A stretch of DNA of 25,984 nucleotides, taken from an uncultured Rhodospirillaceae bacterium (GTDB lineage: Bacteria > Pseudomonadota > Alphaproteobacteria > Rhodospirillales > JABHCV01). The notes beneath the pieces were generated by a model. That model saw only the letters and a list, made by a program, of their open reading frames with translations, was not told the DNA's origin and ran no database searches. Location: positions 1 to 25,984 of the forward strand of contig CBFDVE010000001.1 in the NCBI GenBank assembly GCA_965613205.1. The letters are read 5' to 3'. This document shows positions 17,268-24,226 of the stretch, one piece after another (position 1 is the first letter of the stretch; each line of letters opens with the position of its first letter). Both the position numbers and the translations under genes were made by a program.

Positions 17268-18145
17268 ACCGGGCGCTTCCCGAACAAGCCTTGCGGCCGG
17301 AACACCAGAACCGAGGCGACCAGCAGGGTGGCCAAAATTTTGGCCAGCGTTGGCGAGAAAAAGACCGAAATAATGCCATCGCTCATGCCGATCAGCACGG
17401 CGGCGACCACCGTTCCCCGCAGGCTGCCAAGGCCACCCAGGATAACAACGATGAAAGACAGCAGCAGTGGGTCGCCACCCATCAGGTAGTGGGCCTGCTG
17501 AATGGGAACGATCAGCACGGCGGCCATGGCCGCCAGTCCGGCGCCGACGCCGAAGACAATGCTGTACACCCGTTTGACCCGGATGCCGAAGGCCTGGGCG
17601 ATATCGCTGTCGAGCTGGGTGGCCCGCAAAATCAGGCCGATGCGGGTCTTGCTGACCGTCGCCCAAACCCCCAACAGCAACACGATAGCGGCCCCGATAA
17701 CGAACAGTTTGTAGCCCGAATAGCCGAACCAGGGGAGGGTAATGCGAATGTTGAAGGGCGGCGGCACGGGCCGCGCATCGGGGCCGTAAGTCATTAGAGT
17801 GACTTGCTGAATGATGTAAAGAACGCCGATGGTGGCGACGATGGTCGCTTCCGGATCGTAATCCAGCCGCTTTAAAATGGTCCAGTCGATGGCGGCAGCC
17901 AACAACCCGGTCACGATCGGCACGATAATCAGCGCCAGCACGAAACCGATTGAGGCATCGCCGCCGACCTGGGAGGTCAGCCACCAGGCCAGCACGGCAC
18001 CGAGCATAAAAAATTCACCGTGGGCGATATTGACCACCCGCATGGTGCCGAACACCAGACTCAGGCCAACGGCGGTCAGGGCCAGCACAGCCGCCTGCAC
18101 CGCGCCTTCCAGCGAGGCGAGCAAAAGATAAGGGCCTAATTCCAT
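17264..18145 (-). CDS. livH: Liv-type ABC transporter permease (LivH-like), 293 aa
   Basis: Motifs GLSLVFGTMRVVNIAHGEF and VILGGLGSLRG; hydrophobic. Confidence 0.92.
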   Translation of the reverse strand: MELGPYLLLASLEGAVQAAVLALTAVGLSLVFGTMRVVNIAHGEFFMLGAVLAWWLTSQVGGDASIGFVLALIIVPIVTGLLAAAIDWTILKRLDYDPEATIVATIGVLYIIQQVTLMTYGPDARPVPPPFNIRITLPWFGYSGYKLFVIGAAIVLLLGVWATVSKTRIGLILRATQLDSDIAQAFGIRVKRVYSIVFGVGAGLAAMAAVLIVPIQQAHYLMGGDPLLLSFIVVILGGLGSLRGTVVAAVLIGMSDGIISVFFSPTLAKILATLLVASVLVFRPQGLFGKRPV

Positions 18146-18156
18146 TTAGCGAAAAC

Positions 18157-18188
18157 GAAGGTCACGGCCGGTCGAGGCCGTGACCTTC
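18157..18188 (-). terminator. Intercistronic hairpin (attenuating or mRNA-stabilising) after the binding-protein gene
   Basis: Perfect 13-bp stem GAAGGTCACGGCC / GGCCGTGACCTTC with a 6-nt loop, followed by GTTTT on the minus strand. Confidence 0.7.
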
Positions 18189-18195
18189 TCTATCA

Positions 18196-19500
18196 TCAGA
18201 ACGATTGCTTGGTGTAATCGACTTCATCGGGATAGTAGGTATCCTCGATTGACGTGGTATGGGCCAGCACCAGTTTCTGGTTGGTCACCTTGGTGATGTA
18301 TTGATGACCGAAGACCTGATGGGTCTTGCCGTTAAAGCGTTTGGCCCCCTGGGGATGCTGGCGCGAATGGGCCATGTCGGACATCGCCTCGACCGCTTCT
18401 ATCAGCTTGGCCCGGTCTTTCGGCCCCCGGTACCCGGAAGCTTCCATGCCGGCTTTAATCACATAGAGCGTTTCCCAACAACCAAACATATGAGCGTAGG
18501 TGGCGACATCCTTGGAGTCAGCCAGGGAAGCGCCATTGTTGTCGACCCCAACCGAGGCGCGGAAGAATTTGTCGTATTCCGACTGGTTGGATTGGGCATA
18601 ACGGGGATTGCCTTCCCAGAAATAGGTGCCTTCCAGGAATTCCAGCCCCGGACTGGCCAGATCGACCGCTTCGAGACTATCAATAAAGCCAAAGATTTCG
18701 GGCCGTTTGGAGCCGAAGAATTCACCCAGTTCCTTGACGAATGTCAGCACCGCTGGCCCGACCATGACATGGTAGATGACTTCCGTTTCCTTGGGGATTT
18801 TGGGGAAGTATTTGGTGAATGATGATTCTCTCGGCGGGATGGCGATTTTGGCGATCACATCGCCGCCGATCTTTTCAATGGCGGCGGAGAAATAATCCCG
18901 GTGATCGTAGCCGAAGGCGAAGTCGGGGAAAATCATGGTGACTTTCTTGCCCAGGTTTTTGGCCACAAACGGGGCCATCGCCTGAACCTGACTTTTGACA
19001 TCGGTAATGCCCGGTTGCAGGGTGTAGCGATTAAGTATACCGCTGGCCACATGATGGCCTTCGGAAACCACGAAATAGGGCAATTTCAGTTCACCCGCTC
19101 GCGGGGCCGAGCCGATCACGACGTGGCTGAACAAGGTGCCGAAACCGACATCGCAGTTGAGCTGATTGGCAAATTTTTCGACCACTTCGGCACCGCGCTT
19201 GGGCGAGGTTCCATCATCTTCGGCGATGATTTCGACCCTGCGGCCATTGATGCCACCGCCCGCGTTGATGACTTTTGCCGCCGCTGCGGTGGTGCGACCG
19301 TACCATTTGCCATAGGCGGCACCGATACCGGTGCGATGAACCTGAAAACCAATTTTTATGGGTTCGGCGCTGTGCACCTGATTGTAGCCGATCAGGCCCG
19401 GAAATGCCGTGGCGCCGGCAATGACCCCGGCACCCGCGCCAAGGGTCTTCAAGACTTTGCGGCGGTCCTGCACGCTTGATTTGATTATTTTTTTGGTCAT
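18196..19500 (-). CDS. ABC substrate-binding protein (LivK-like PBP1 fold) with a Tat signal peptide, 434 aa
   Basis: N-terminal DRRKVLK twin-arginine motif plus hydrophobic stretch; GGINGRRVEIIAEDDGT; GGAGG SD; tandem stops TGA TGA TAG. Confidence 0.9.
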   Translation of the reverse strand: MTKKIIKSSVQDRRKVLKTLGAGAGVIAGATAFPGLIGYNQVHSAEPIKIGFQVHRTGIGAAYGKWYGRTTAAAAKVINAGGGINGRRVEIIAEDDGTSPKRGAEVVEKFANQLNCDVGFGTLFSHVVIGSAPRAGELKLPYFVVSEGHHVASGILNRYTLQPGITDVKSQVQAMAPFVAKNLGKKVTMIFPDFAFGYDHRDYFSAAIEKIGGDVIAKIAIPPRESSFTKYFPKIPKETEVIYHVMVGPAVLTFVKELGEFFGSKRPEIFGFIDSLEAVDLASPGLEFLEGTYFWEGNPRYAQSNQSEYDKFFRASVGVDNNGASLADSKDVATYAHMFGCWETLYVIKAGMEASGYRGPKDRAKLIEAVEAMSDMAHSRQHPQGAKRFNGKTHQVFGHQYITKVTNQKLVLAHTTSIEDTYYPDEVDYTKQSF

Positions 19501-19535
19501 TTTGTTGTCCTCCCTAAAAGCAGTTTGTCACCTGT

Positions 19536-19579
19536 CCCCAAAGGCTTGCGAGGGCAATGCAGCCGAAGCCTCTCTGGGG
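19536..19579 (-). other. Predicted stem-loop in the 5' leader of the binding-protein mRNA
   Basis: Minus strand CCCCAGAGAGGCTT...AAGCCTTTGGGG, about 12 bp with a 2-nt bulge and an 18-nt loop. Confidence 0.35.
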
Positions 19580-19583
19580 TTTT

Positions 19584-19620
19584 TACACAAATAGCCAAGG
19601 GCATATTGTGTGTACACAAA
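19584..19620. promoter_or_regulatory. Two partial copies of the NicR-like box flanking the ABC -10 element
   Basis: Minus strand TTTGTGTACAC (19620-19610), which includes most of the perfect palindrome TGTGTACACA (19609-19618), and ATTTGTGTA (19592-19584). Confidence 0.5.
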
Positions 19621-19631
19621 CAACTTGTCCA
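19603..19631 (-). promoter_or_regulatory. Candidate sigma70 promoter of the ABC operon
   Basis: TGGACA (19631-19626), 17-nt spacer, CAATAT (19608-19603); the operator-like box lies in the spacer. Confidence 0.5.
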
Positions 19632-19686
19632 GAAAAATATTTACCGCCACCGCGCCCCCTATTGACTTTACTTCGCCATTACGGCT

Positions 19687-19710
19687 TTCATTTGTATACC
19701 AATGAATAAT
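19687..19710. promoter_or_regulatory. Operator site 2 (probable NicR-like MarR box) upstream of hydantoinase A
   Basis: TTCATTTGTATACCAATGAATAAT; the first 20 nt are an 18/20 palindrome; 21/24 identical to site 1. Confidence 0.7.
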
Positions 19711-19729
19711 AACAATGAGGCGGTATTCC

Positions 19730-21790
19730 ATGACAGGGTCCGGTTCGGCACAGGTGGTCGGTGTGGATGTCGGCGGAACCTTCACTGACCTGGTCATGCT
19801 CGACCAGAAATCCGGCCAGGTGCGCCTGGCCAAGGCCCCGAGCACGCTGGATAATCAGGCCTTCGGCGTGCTCGCTGCCTTAGATCAGGCGGGGACCGAT
19901 TTACGCAGGGTCAATTTGATTGTCCATGGCACCACCACCACCACCAATGCGGTACTGGAACGCAAATTGTGCAGGGTCGGCCTGATCACCACCGCCGGAT
20001 TTCGCGATGTGCTGGAACTGGGCCGCCGGACCAGACCGCAAGCCTATGGCATGACCGGCAAATTCCGCCCGGTGATCGCCCGCAATCTGCGCCTGGAAGT
20101 GGCCGAACGCATGGACGCTGGTGGGCAAATCGTGACGCCGCTCGATGAAGCCGCCGTCAAGGTCGCCGCCAAGCGCCTGATCGAGAAGGACTGCGAGGCC
20201 ATCGTTATTCACTTCCTGCACGCCTACGCCAACCCGGCCCACGAGCTTCGGGCGGCGGAAATTGTCGGTCAAATGTGGCCCAATGATTACATCACCATGG
20301 GCCACACCCTGCTATCGGAAAGCCGCGAGTTCGAGCGCGGCGTGACGGCGGCGATCAATGCTTCCGTCCAGCCCCTGCTGGAACGCTATATTTCGAAACT
20401 GGTGCAGGAACTGGCCCATAGGGGCTACCACGGTGAAATGCTGGTGATGAACGGCAACGGCGGCATGGTGTCGTCCCGGCGGGTCGCCAAAGAGGCGGCC
20501 AAAACCGTCATGTCGGGCCCCGCCTCGGGGGTCATTGCGGCGGCCTATACGGGCCGCAAGGCCGGCATTGCCGATCTGATCACTTATGACATGGGCGGCA
20601 CGTCCACCGATGTGGCGCTGATCCGCAATTTCGAGCCGTCCGTTTCCAGCGAAATCGAAATCGAATACGCCATGCCGATCCATGTGCCGATGATCGATGT
20701 GCGCACGGTGGGGGCCGGTGGCGGCTCTATCGCCAGGGTCAATTCCGCCGGATTGCTGGAAGTCGGCCCGGAAAGTGCCGGGGCCCATCCCGGCCCGATC
20801 AGTTATGGACAGGGCGGTGAATTGCCAACCATATCGGACGCTAACCTGTTGCTCGGTCGCCTGAACACGGGAAAAATGAACGCGGTGCAAGGCAATGTCG
20901 CCATCGATCACATCAAGGACATTTTCGCCACTAAATTAGGCCGGCCTCTGGGCCTGGATGCAATCCTGGCCGCCGCCGCCGTGATCCGGGTCGCCAACAC
21001 CAAAATGGGCGGGGCGATCCGCATGGTCTCGGTATCGTTGGGTCTGGACCCCAGGGATTTTGCCCTGTTTGCCTTTGGCGGGGCCGGACCCCTGCACGCC
21101 ACGGCACTGGCCCGCGAGCTCGGCGTGCCACAAGTGCTGGTGCCGTGCCGACCGGGCATCACCAACGCGCTCGGCTGCGTCGTCGCCGATTTACGCCACG
21201 ATTTCGTCAATACCCTGAACAAGCCGCTGGATCTGGTCGATATGGATGAGGTCCACGCCCTGTTCAACAGCCAGATCGCCGAGGGCGAAAAATTGATCGG
21301 CAATGAAGTGATCGAGATCAGGTCGATCAAACGGTTGCACAGCGTCGATATGCAGTTTATCGGCCAGACCCATTTGTTGCGTGTGCCGCTGCAATCCACA
21401 ACGCCCGACCGGGAAACCTTGCGGCGCCTTTTTGAAGACGTCTATTTCGCGCGCTTCCGGGTCGAACTGGATGACATTAGAGCCAATCTGGTCAACGTCA
21501 ACACGTCGGTAATCGGCGTCCGGGCGGAACTTGATCTGTCCATCCTGATCGATCCGGCGGGTCGAAAAGAAACCCTGGAGGAGGCCAAAACAGAAAACCG
21601 CCCGGCCTATTTTCTTGGGCAGTGGCAGGACACCCCGGTCTACTGGCGGGATTTTCTGCCCCTTTCGTTTACCCTGACCGGTCCGGCAATTATCGAGCAA
21701 ATGGATACCACCATCCTGATCGAACCGGGCGACACCGCCGAAGGGGACGTTCATGGCAATATCATTATTTCCATCGGGGCGCGCTTGTGA
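19730..21790 (+). CDS. Hydantoinase/oxoprolinase family ATP-binding subunit (HyuA/OplA-like), 686 aa
   Basis: Motifs DVGGTFTD, HGTTTTTNA, SGPASG, DMGGTSTDV, GAGGGSI and FGGAGPLHA; GAGG SD before ATG 19730. Confidence 0.93.
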   Translation: MTGSGSAQVVGVDVGGTFTDLVMLDQKSGQVRLAKAPSTLDNQAFGVLAALDQAGTDLRRVNLIVHGTTTTTNAVLERKLCRVGLITTAGFRDVLELGRRTRPQAYGMTGKFRPVIARNLRLEVAERMDAGGQIVTPLDEAAVKVAAKRLIEKDCEAIVIHFLHAYANPAHELRAAEIVGQMWPNDYITMGHTLLSESREFERGVTAAINASVQPLLERYISKLVQELAHRGYHGEMLVMNGNGGMVSSRRVAKEAAKTVMSGPASGVIAAAYTGRKAGIADLITYDMGGTSTDVALIRNFEPSVSSEIEIEYAMPIHVPMIDVRTVGAGGGSIARVNSAGLLEVGPESAGAHPGPISYGQGGELPTISDANLLLGRLNTGKMNAVQGNVAIDHIKDIFATKLGRPLGLDAILAAAAVIRVANTKMGGAIRMVSVSLGLDPRDFALFAFGGAGPLHATALARELGVPQVLVPCRPGITNALGCVVADLRHDFVNTLNKPLDLVDMDEVHALFNSQIAEGEKLIGNEVIEIRSIKRLHSVDMQFIGQTHLLRVPLQSTTPDRETLRRLFEDVYFARFRVELDDIRANLVNVNTSVIGVRAELDLSILIDPAGRKETLEEAKTENRPAYFLGQWQDTPVYWRDFLPLSFTLTGPAIIEQMDTTILIEPGDTAEGDVHGNIIISIGARL

Positions 21791-23526
21791 GCATAGATCC
21801 GATCACGCTGAGCGTTATTCAGGCCGGGTTGCAACAGGTTTGCGACGAAATGGATTTGAGCTTTTCCCGCGCCGCCTTCTCGCCGGTCATATCCGAAGCC
21901 AATGACCGGTCGGACGGCATCTACGCGGCCACCGATGGCGCCCTGATCGCCCAGGGGGCCGGGGGCTTGCCCATCTTTGTCGGCACCATGCAGTATTCGA
22001 CCCGCACCCTGATAGAAATGATCGCGGCGGGCACGGTGTCGCCGCCAAAACCTGACGACATATATATCGTTAACGATCCTTACCTGGGCGGCACCCATCT
22101 GATGGATGTTCGTTTCGCCCGGCCTTTTTATCGCGACGGCGAAATTTATTGCTGGCTGTCCAATACCGGTCATTGGCCCGATACGGGCGGCTCGGTGCCG
22201 GGTGGGTTTTCCGCCTCGGCCACGGCGGTCGAACAGGAAGGCCTGCGACTGCCGCCCGTGCGCCTGTTCAAGCAAGGGCAACTGGACAGGGAAATCTATT
22301 CGATCATCTGTTCCAACATCCGGGTTTCCGATCAGCGCATTGGCGATGTTAAAGCCCAGGCCGCCGCCCTGATCACCGGCGAAGAACGTTTGAACGAGTT
22401 GCTGGACCGCTACGGTGACGACACGGTCACCGACGCCATCGAAGAACTGCGCCGCCGCGCCGCCACCCAGATGCGGGCCTGTATTGCCACCATTGCCGAC
22501 GGCACATATACATCGACCGCCTATATCGACAGCGACGGGGTCGATAACACGCCGCTGGAAATCAATCTGGAAATCACCAGGGCGGGTGACGACCTGACCT
22601 TTGATTTCAACAAATCGAGCCCGCCCTGCAAGGGCCCCATGAATTCGGTTCTGGCGACCACCCTCAGTTCGGTCTACCTGGCCATGCGCCATATATTTCC
22701 CGAAGTCCCGATCAGCGCCGGGGCGTTCGAACCTTTGCAGGTGATCCGTCCGGCGGGAACTTTTCTCGATGCTCACTATCCGCGGCCCGTGTCGGGCTGT
22801 GCGGCGGAAGTTTCCCAGCGTATCGCCGAAGCGGTGTTCGCGGCCCTGATCAAAGCCCTGCCCGACCGGGTAACGGCGGCACCGGCGGGCACCAGCGGCA
22901 ATTTTGCCCTCGGCGGGCATGACCCGGAGGCGGGCAAGGATTTCGTCATGTATCAACTGACCGGCGGCGGCTATGGCGGCAACGCCGATCACGACGGCCT
23001 GACCAACGGCTGTTCGACCATCGGCATTTCCAAATCCCCACCGGTGGAAATTATGGAACAAACCTATCCGGTGCTTTATCACCACTACGCCCTGCGCCAA
23101 GGGTCCGGCGGGGCCGGGGCACAGCGCGGCGGGTTCGGCCTGGATTACGAAGTGGAATTGCGGCGCGGCCATGCGCTCGCCAGTTTCGTCATGGACCATG
23201 GCCGGTTCGGCCCGCAAGGGGCCCTGGGGGGGGGTGACGGGGCGTGTAATAAAGTGGTGGTCAAACGGGGTGGCAAATCCTATACACCGGTTCATCTGTC
23301 GAAAGAACAGGATATCCCCCTGCAACCGGGAGATCGGGTGCATGTGCAAACCCCCGGCGGCGGCGGTTACGGCGACCCGTTTTCCAGGCCCGCCGAGGCG
23401 GTTCTGGAAGACGTTATCCTGGAACGCTACACCGCCACCCAGGCCCGCGACTTGTTTGGTGTCGTTATTAGTGGCGAGCCGCTTTCGGTAGATCAGGAAG
23501 AAACGTCACGATTGCGCGAAGAATAA
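21787..23526 (+). CDS. Hydantoinase B/oxoprolinase family metal-binding subunit (HyuB/OplB-like), 579 aa
   Basis: Motifs DEM, AFSPVISEAND, NDPYLGGTHLMD, GHWPDTGG and TPGGGGYGDP; GTG start in a GTGA overlap with the subunit A stop. Confidence 0.93.
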   Translation: MSIDPITLSVIQAGLQQVCDEMDLSFSRAAFSPVISEANDRSDGIYAATDGALIAQGAGGLPIFVGTMQYSTRTLIEMIAAGTVSPPKPDDIYIVNDPYLGGTHLMDVRFARPFYRDGEIYCWLSNTGHWPDTGGSVPGGFSASATAVEQEGLRLPPVRLFKQGQLDREIYSIICSNIRVSDQRIGDVKAQAAALITGEERLNELLDRYGDDTVTDAIEELRRRAATQMRACIATIADGTYTSTAYIDSDGVDNTPLEINLEITRAGDDLTFDFNKSSPPCKGPMNSVLATTLSSVYLAMRHIFPEVPISAGAFEPLQVIRPAGTFLDAHYPRPVSGCAAEVSQRIAEAVFAALIKALPDRVTAAPAGTSGNFALGGHDPEAGKDFVMYQLTGGGYGGNADHDGLTNGCSTIGISKSPPVEIMEQTYPVLYHHYALRQGSGGAGAQRGGFGLDYEVELRRGHALASFVMDHGRFGPQGALGGGDGACNKVVVKRGGKSYTPVHLSKEQDIPLQPGDRVHVQTPGGGGYGDPFSRPAEAVLEDVILERYTATQARDLFGVVISGEPLSVDQEETSRLREE

Positions 23527-23532
23527 CAAAGA

Positions 23533-23561
23533 TTGACATAAATTCCGTGAAAAGTGATATT
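23533..23561 (+). promoter_or_regulatory. Sigma70 promoter of the parDE module with an overlapping inverted repeat
   Basis: TTGACA (23533-23538), 17-nt spacer, GATATT (23556-23561). GACATAAAT (23535-23543) and ATTTGTATC (23559-23567) form a 7/9 inverted repeat. Confidence 0.6.
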
Positions 23562-23586
23562 TGTATCTTGTCGAGAGGACACGGAA

Positions 23587-23835
23587 ATGAATTTCAGCCT
23601 GACCCCCAAACTGGAACAGTTCGTGCGAGAGCGCGCTCGTTCCGGTGACTACAACAACGCCAGCGAAGTGGTTCGCGATGCCATCCGGTTGCTCAAACGC
23701 CGGGAAGAAGAACGGGCTTTAAAATTGCAACGCCTGCGTAGCGCAATCAGCGAAGGAGACGCGGCGGTGAAGCAAGGTCACTATACCGACTTGAATTCCG
23801 ACAAGGCGTTGGACGTACTTTTTGCCGAGCTATAA
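23587..23835 (+). CDS. parD: Type II antitoxin, ParD family (ribbon-helix-helix), 82 aa
   Basis: MNFSLTPKLEQFV...SGDYNNASEVVRDAIRLL...LRSAISEG; GAGGA SD; overlaps the toxin gene. Confidence 0.88.
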   Translation: MNFSLTPKLEQFVRERARSGDYNNASEVVRDAIRLLKRREEERALKLQRLRSAISEGDAAVKQGHYTDLNSDKALDVLFAEL

Positions 23836-24139
23836 AAAACTGCGCCTTGCAGACCCGGCCAGAAAAGACCTGGTGGAAATCGGTAAGTACACATGGCAAA
23901 CCTGGGGTGCCGCCCAAAAGCGAAAATATCTGGGGCAGATCAAAAACGCATTTAAGATCATCAAGGACAGGCCGGAAATTGGGCCTCCCCGGGATGACAT
24001 CGATATCGGTTTGCGCAGCCATCCGGTTAACCGCCATATTATCTACTACCGGATAGGCGAAAAAGAATTGATCATCGTCCGGGTTTTGCATCAAAGCATG
24101 GATTGGGCCGTTGTTGCCCGGCAGTCACAAAACGGTTAA
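23822..24139 (+). CDS. parE: Type II toxin, RelE/ParE family, 105 aa
   Basis: LADPARKDLVEIGKYTWQTWGAAQ...RSHPVNRHIIYYR...IVRVLHQSMD; TTG start within the antitoxin 3' end. Confidence 0.88.
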   Translation: MPSYKKLRLADPARKDLVEIGKYTWQTWGAAQKRKYLGQIKNAFKIIKDRPEIGPPRDDIDIGLRSHPVNRHIIYYRIGEKELIIVRVLHQSMDWAVVARQSQNG

Positions 24140-24201
24140 TGTAAAGACGGCTCAAGTCGGCAGGCAGTGAGCTAAATCGGTGTGTGCCATGATTATCCCT
24201 G

Positions 24202-24213
24202 ATTCAATTGAAT
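24202..24213. promoter_or_regulatory. Perfect 12-bp palindrome just upstream of the mttB-like RBS
   Basis: ATTCAATTGAAT, ending 13 nt before ATG 24227. Confidence 0.3.
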
Positions 24214-24226
24214 GGTGGAGATCATT

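Noticed and set aside
16323-17984. 553-aa ORF-track call suggesting a long permease fusion
   Set aside because: The N-terminal part is an off-frame read over livH; the real LivM starts at ATG 17267 in an ATGA overlap.
19662-19691. TTGACT as the -35 box of the hyuA promoter
   Set aside because: No acceptable -10 hexamer at 16-18 nt spacing, so the promoter was left uncalled.
19931-19945. (ACC)5 trinucleotide repeat
   Set aside because: Encodes the Thr run of the HGTTTTTNA family motif; not evidence of a contingency locus.
21751-23349. 532-aa minus-strand ORF
   Set aside because: Antisense to the well-supported hydantoinase B gene, with no motifs or RBS.
23559-23566. ATTTGTAT resembling half of the NicR-like box in the parDE promoter
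   Set aside because: The GTRTAC core and second half-site are missing; it is better explained as part of the TA auto-operator or as chance in AT-rich DNA.
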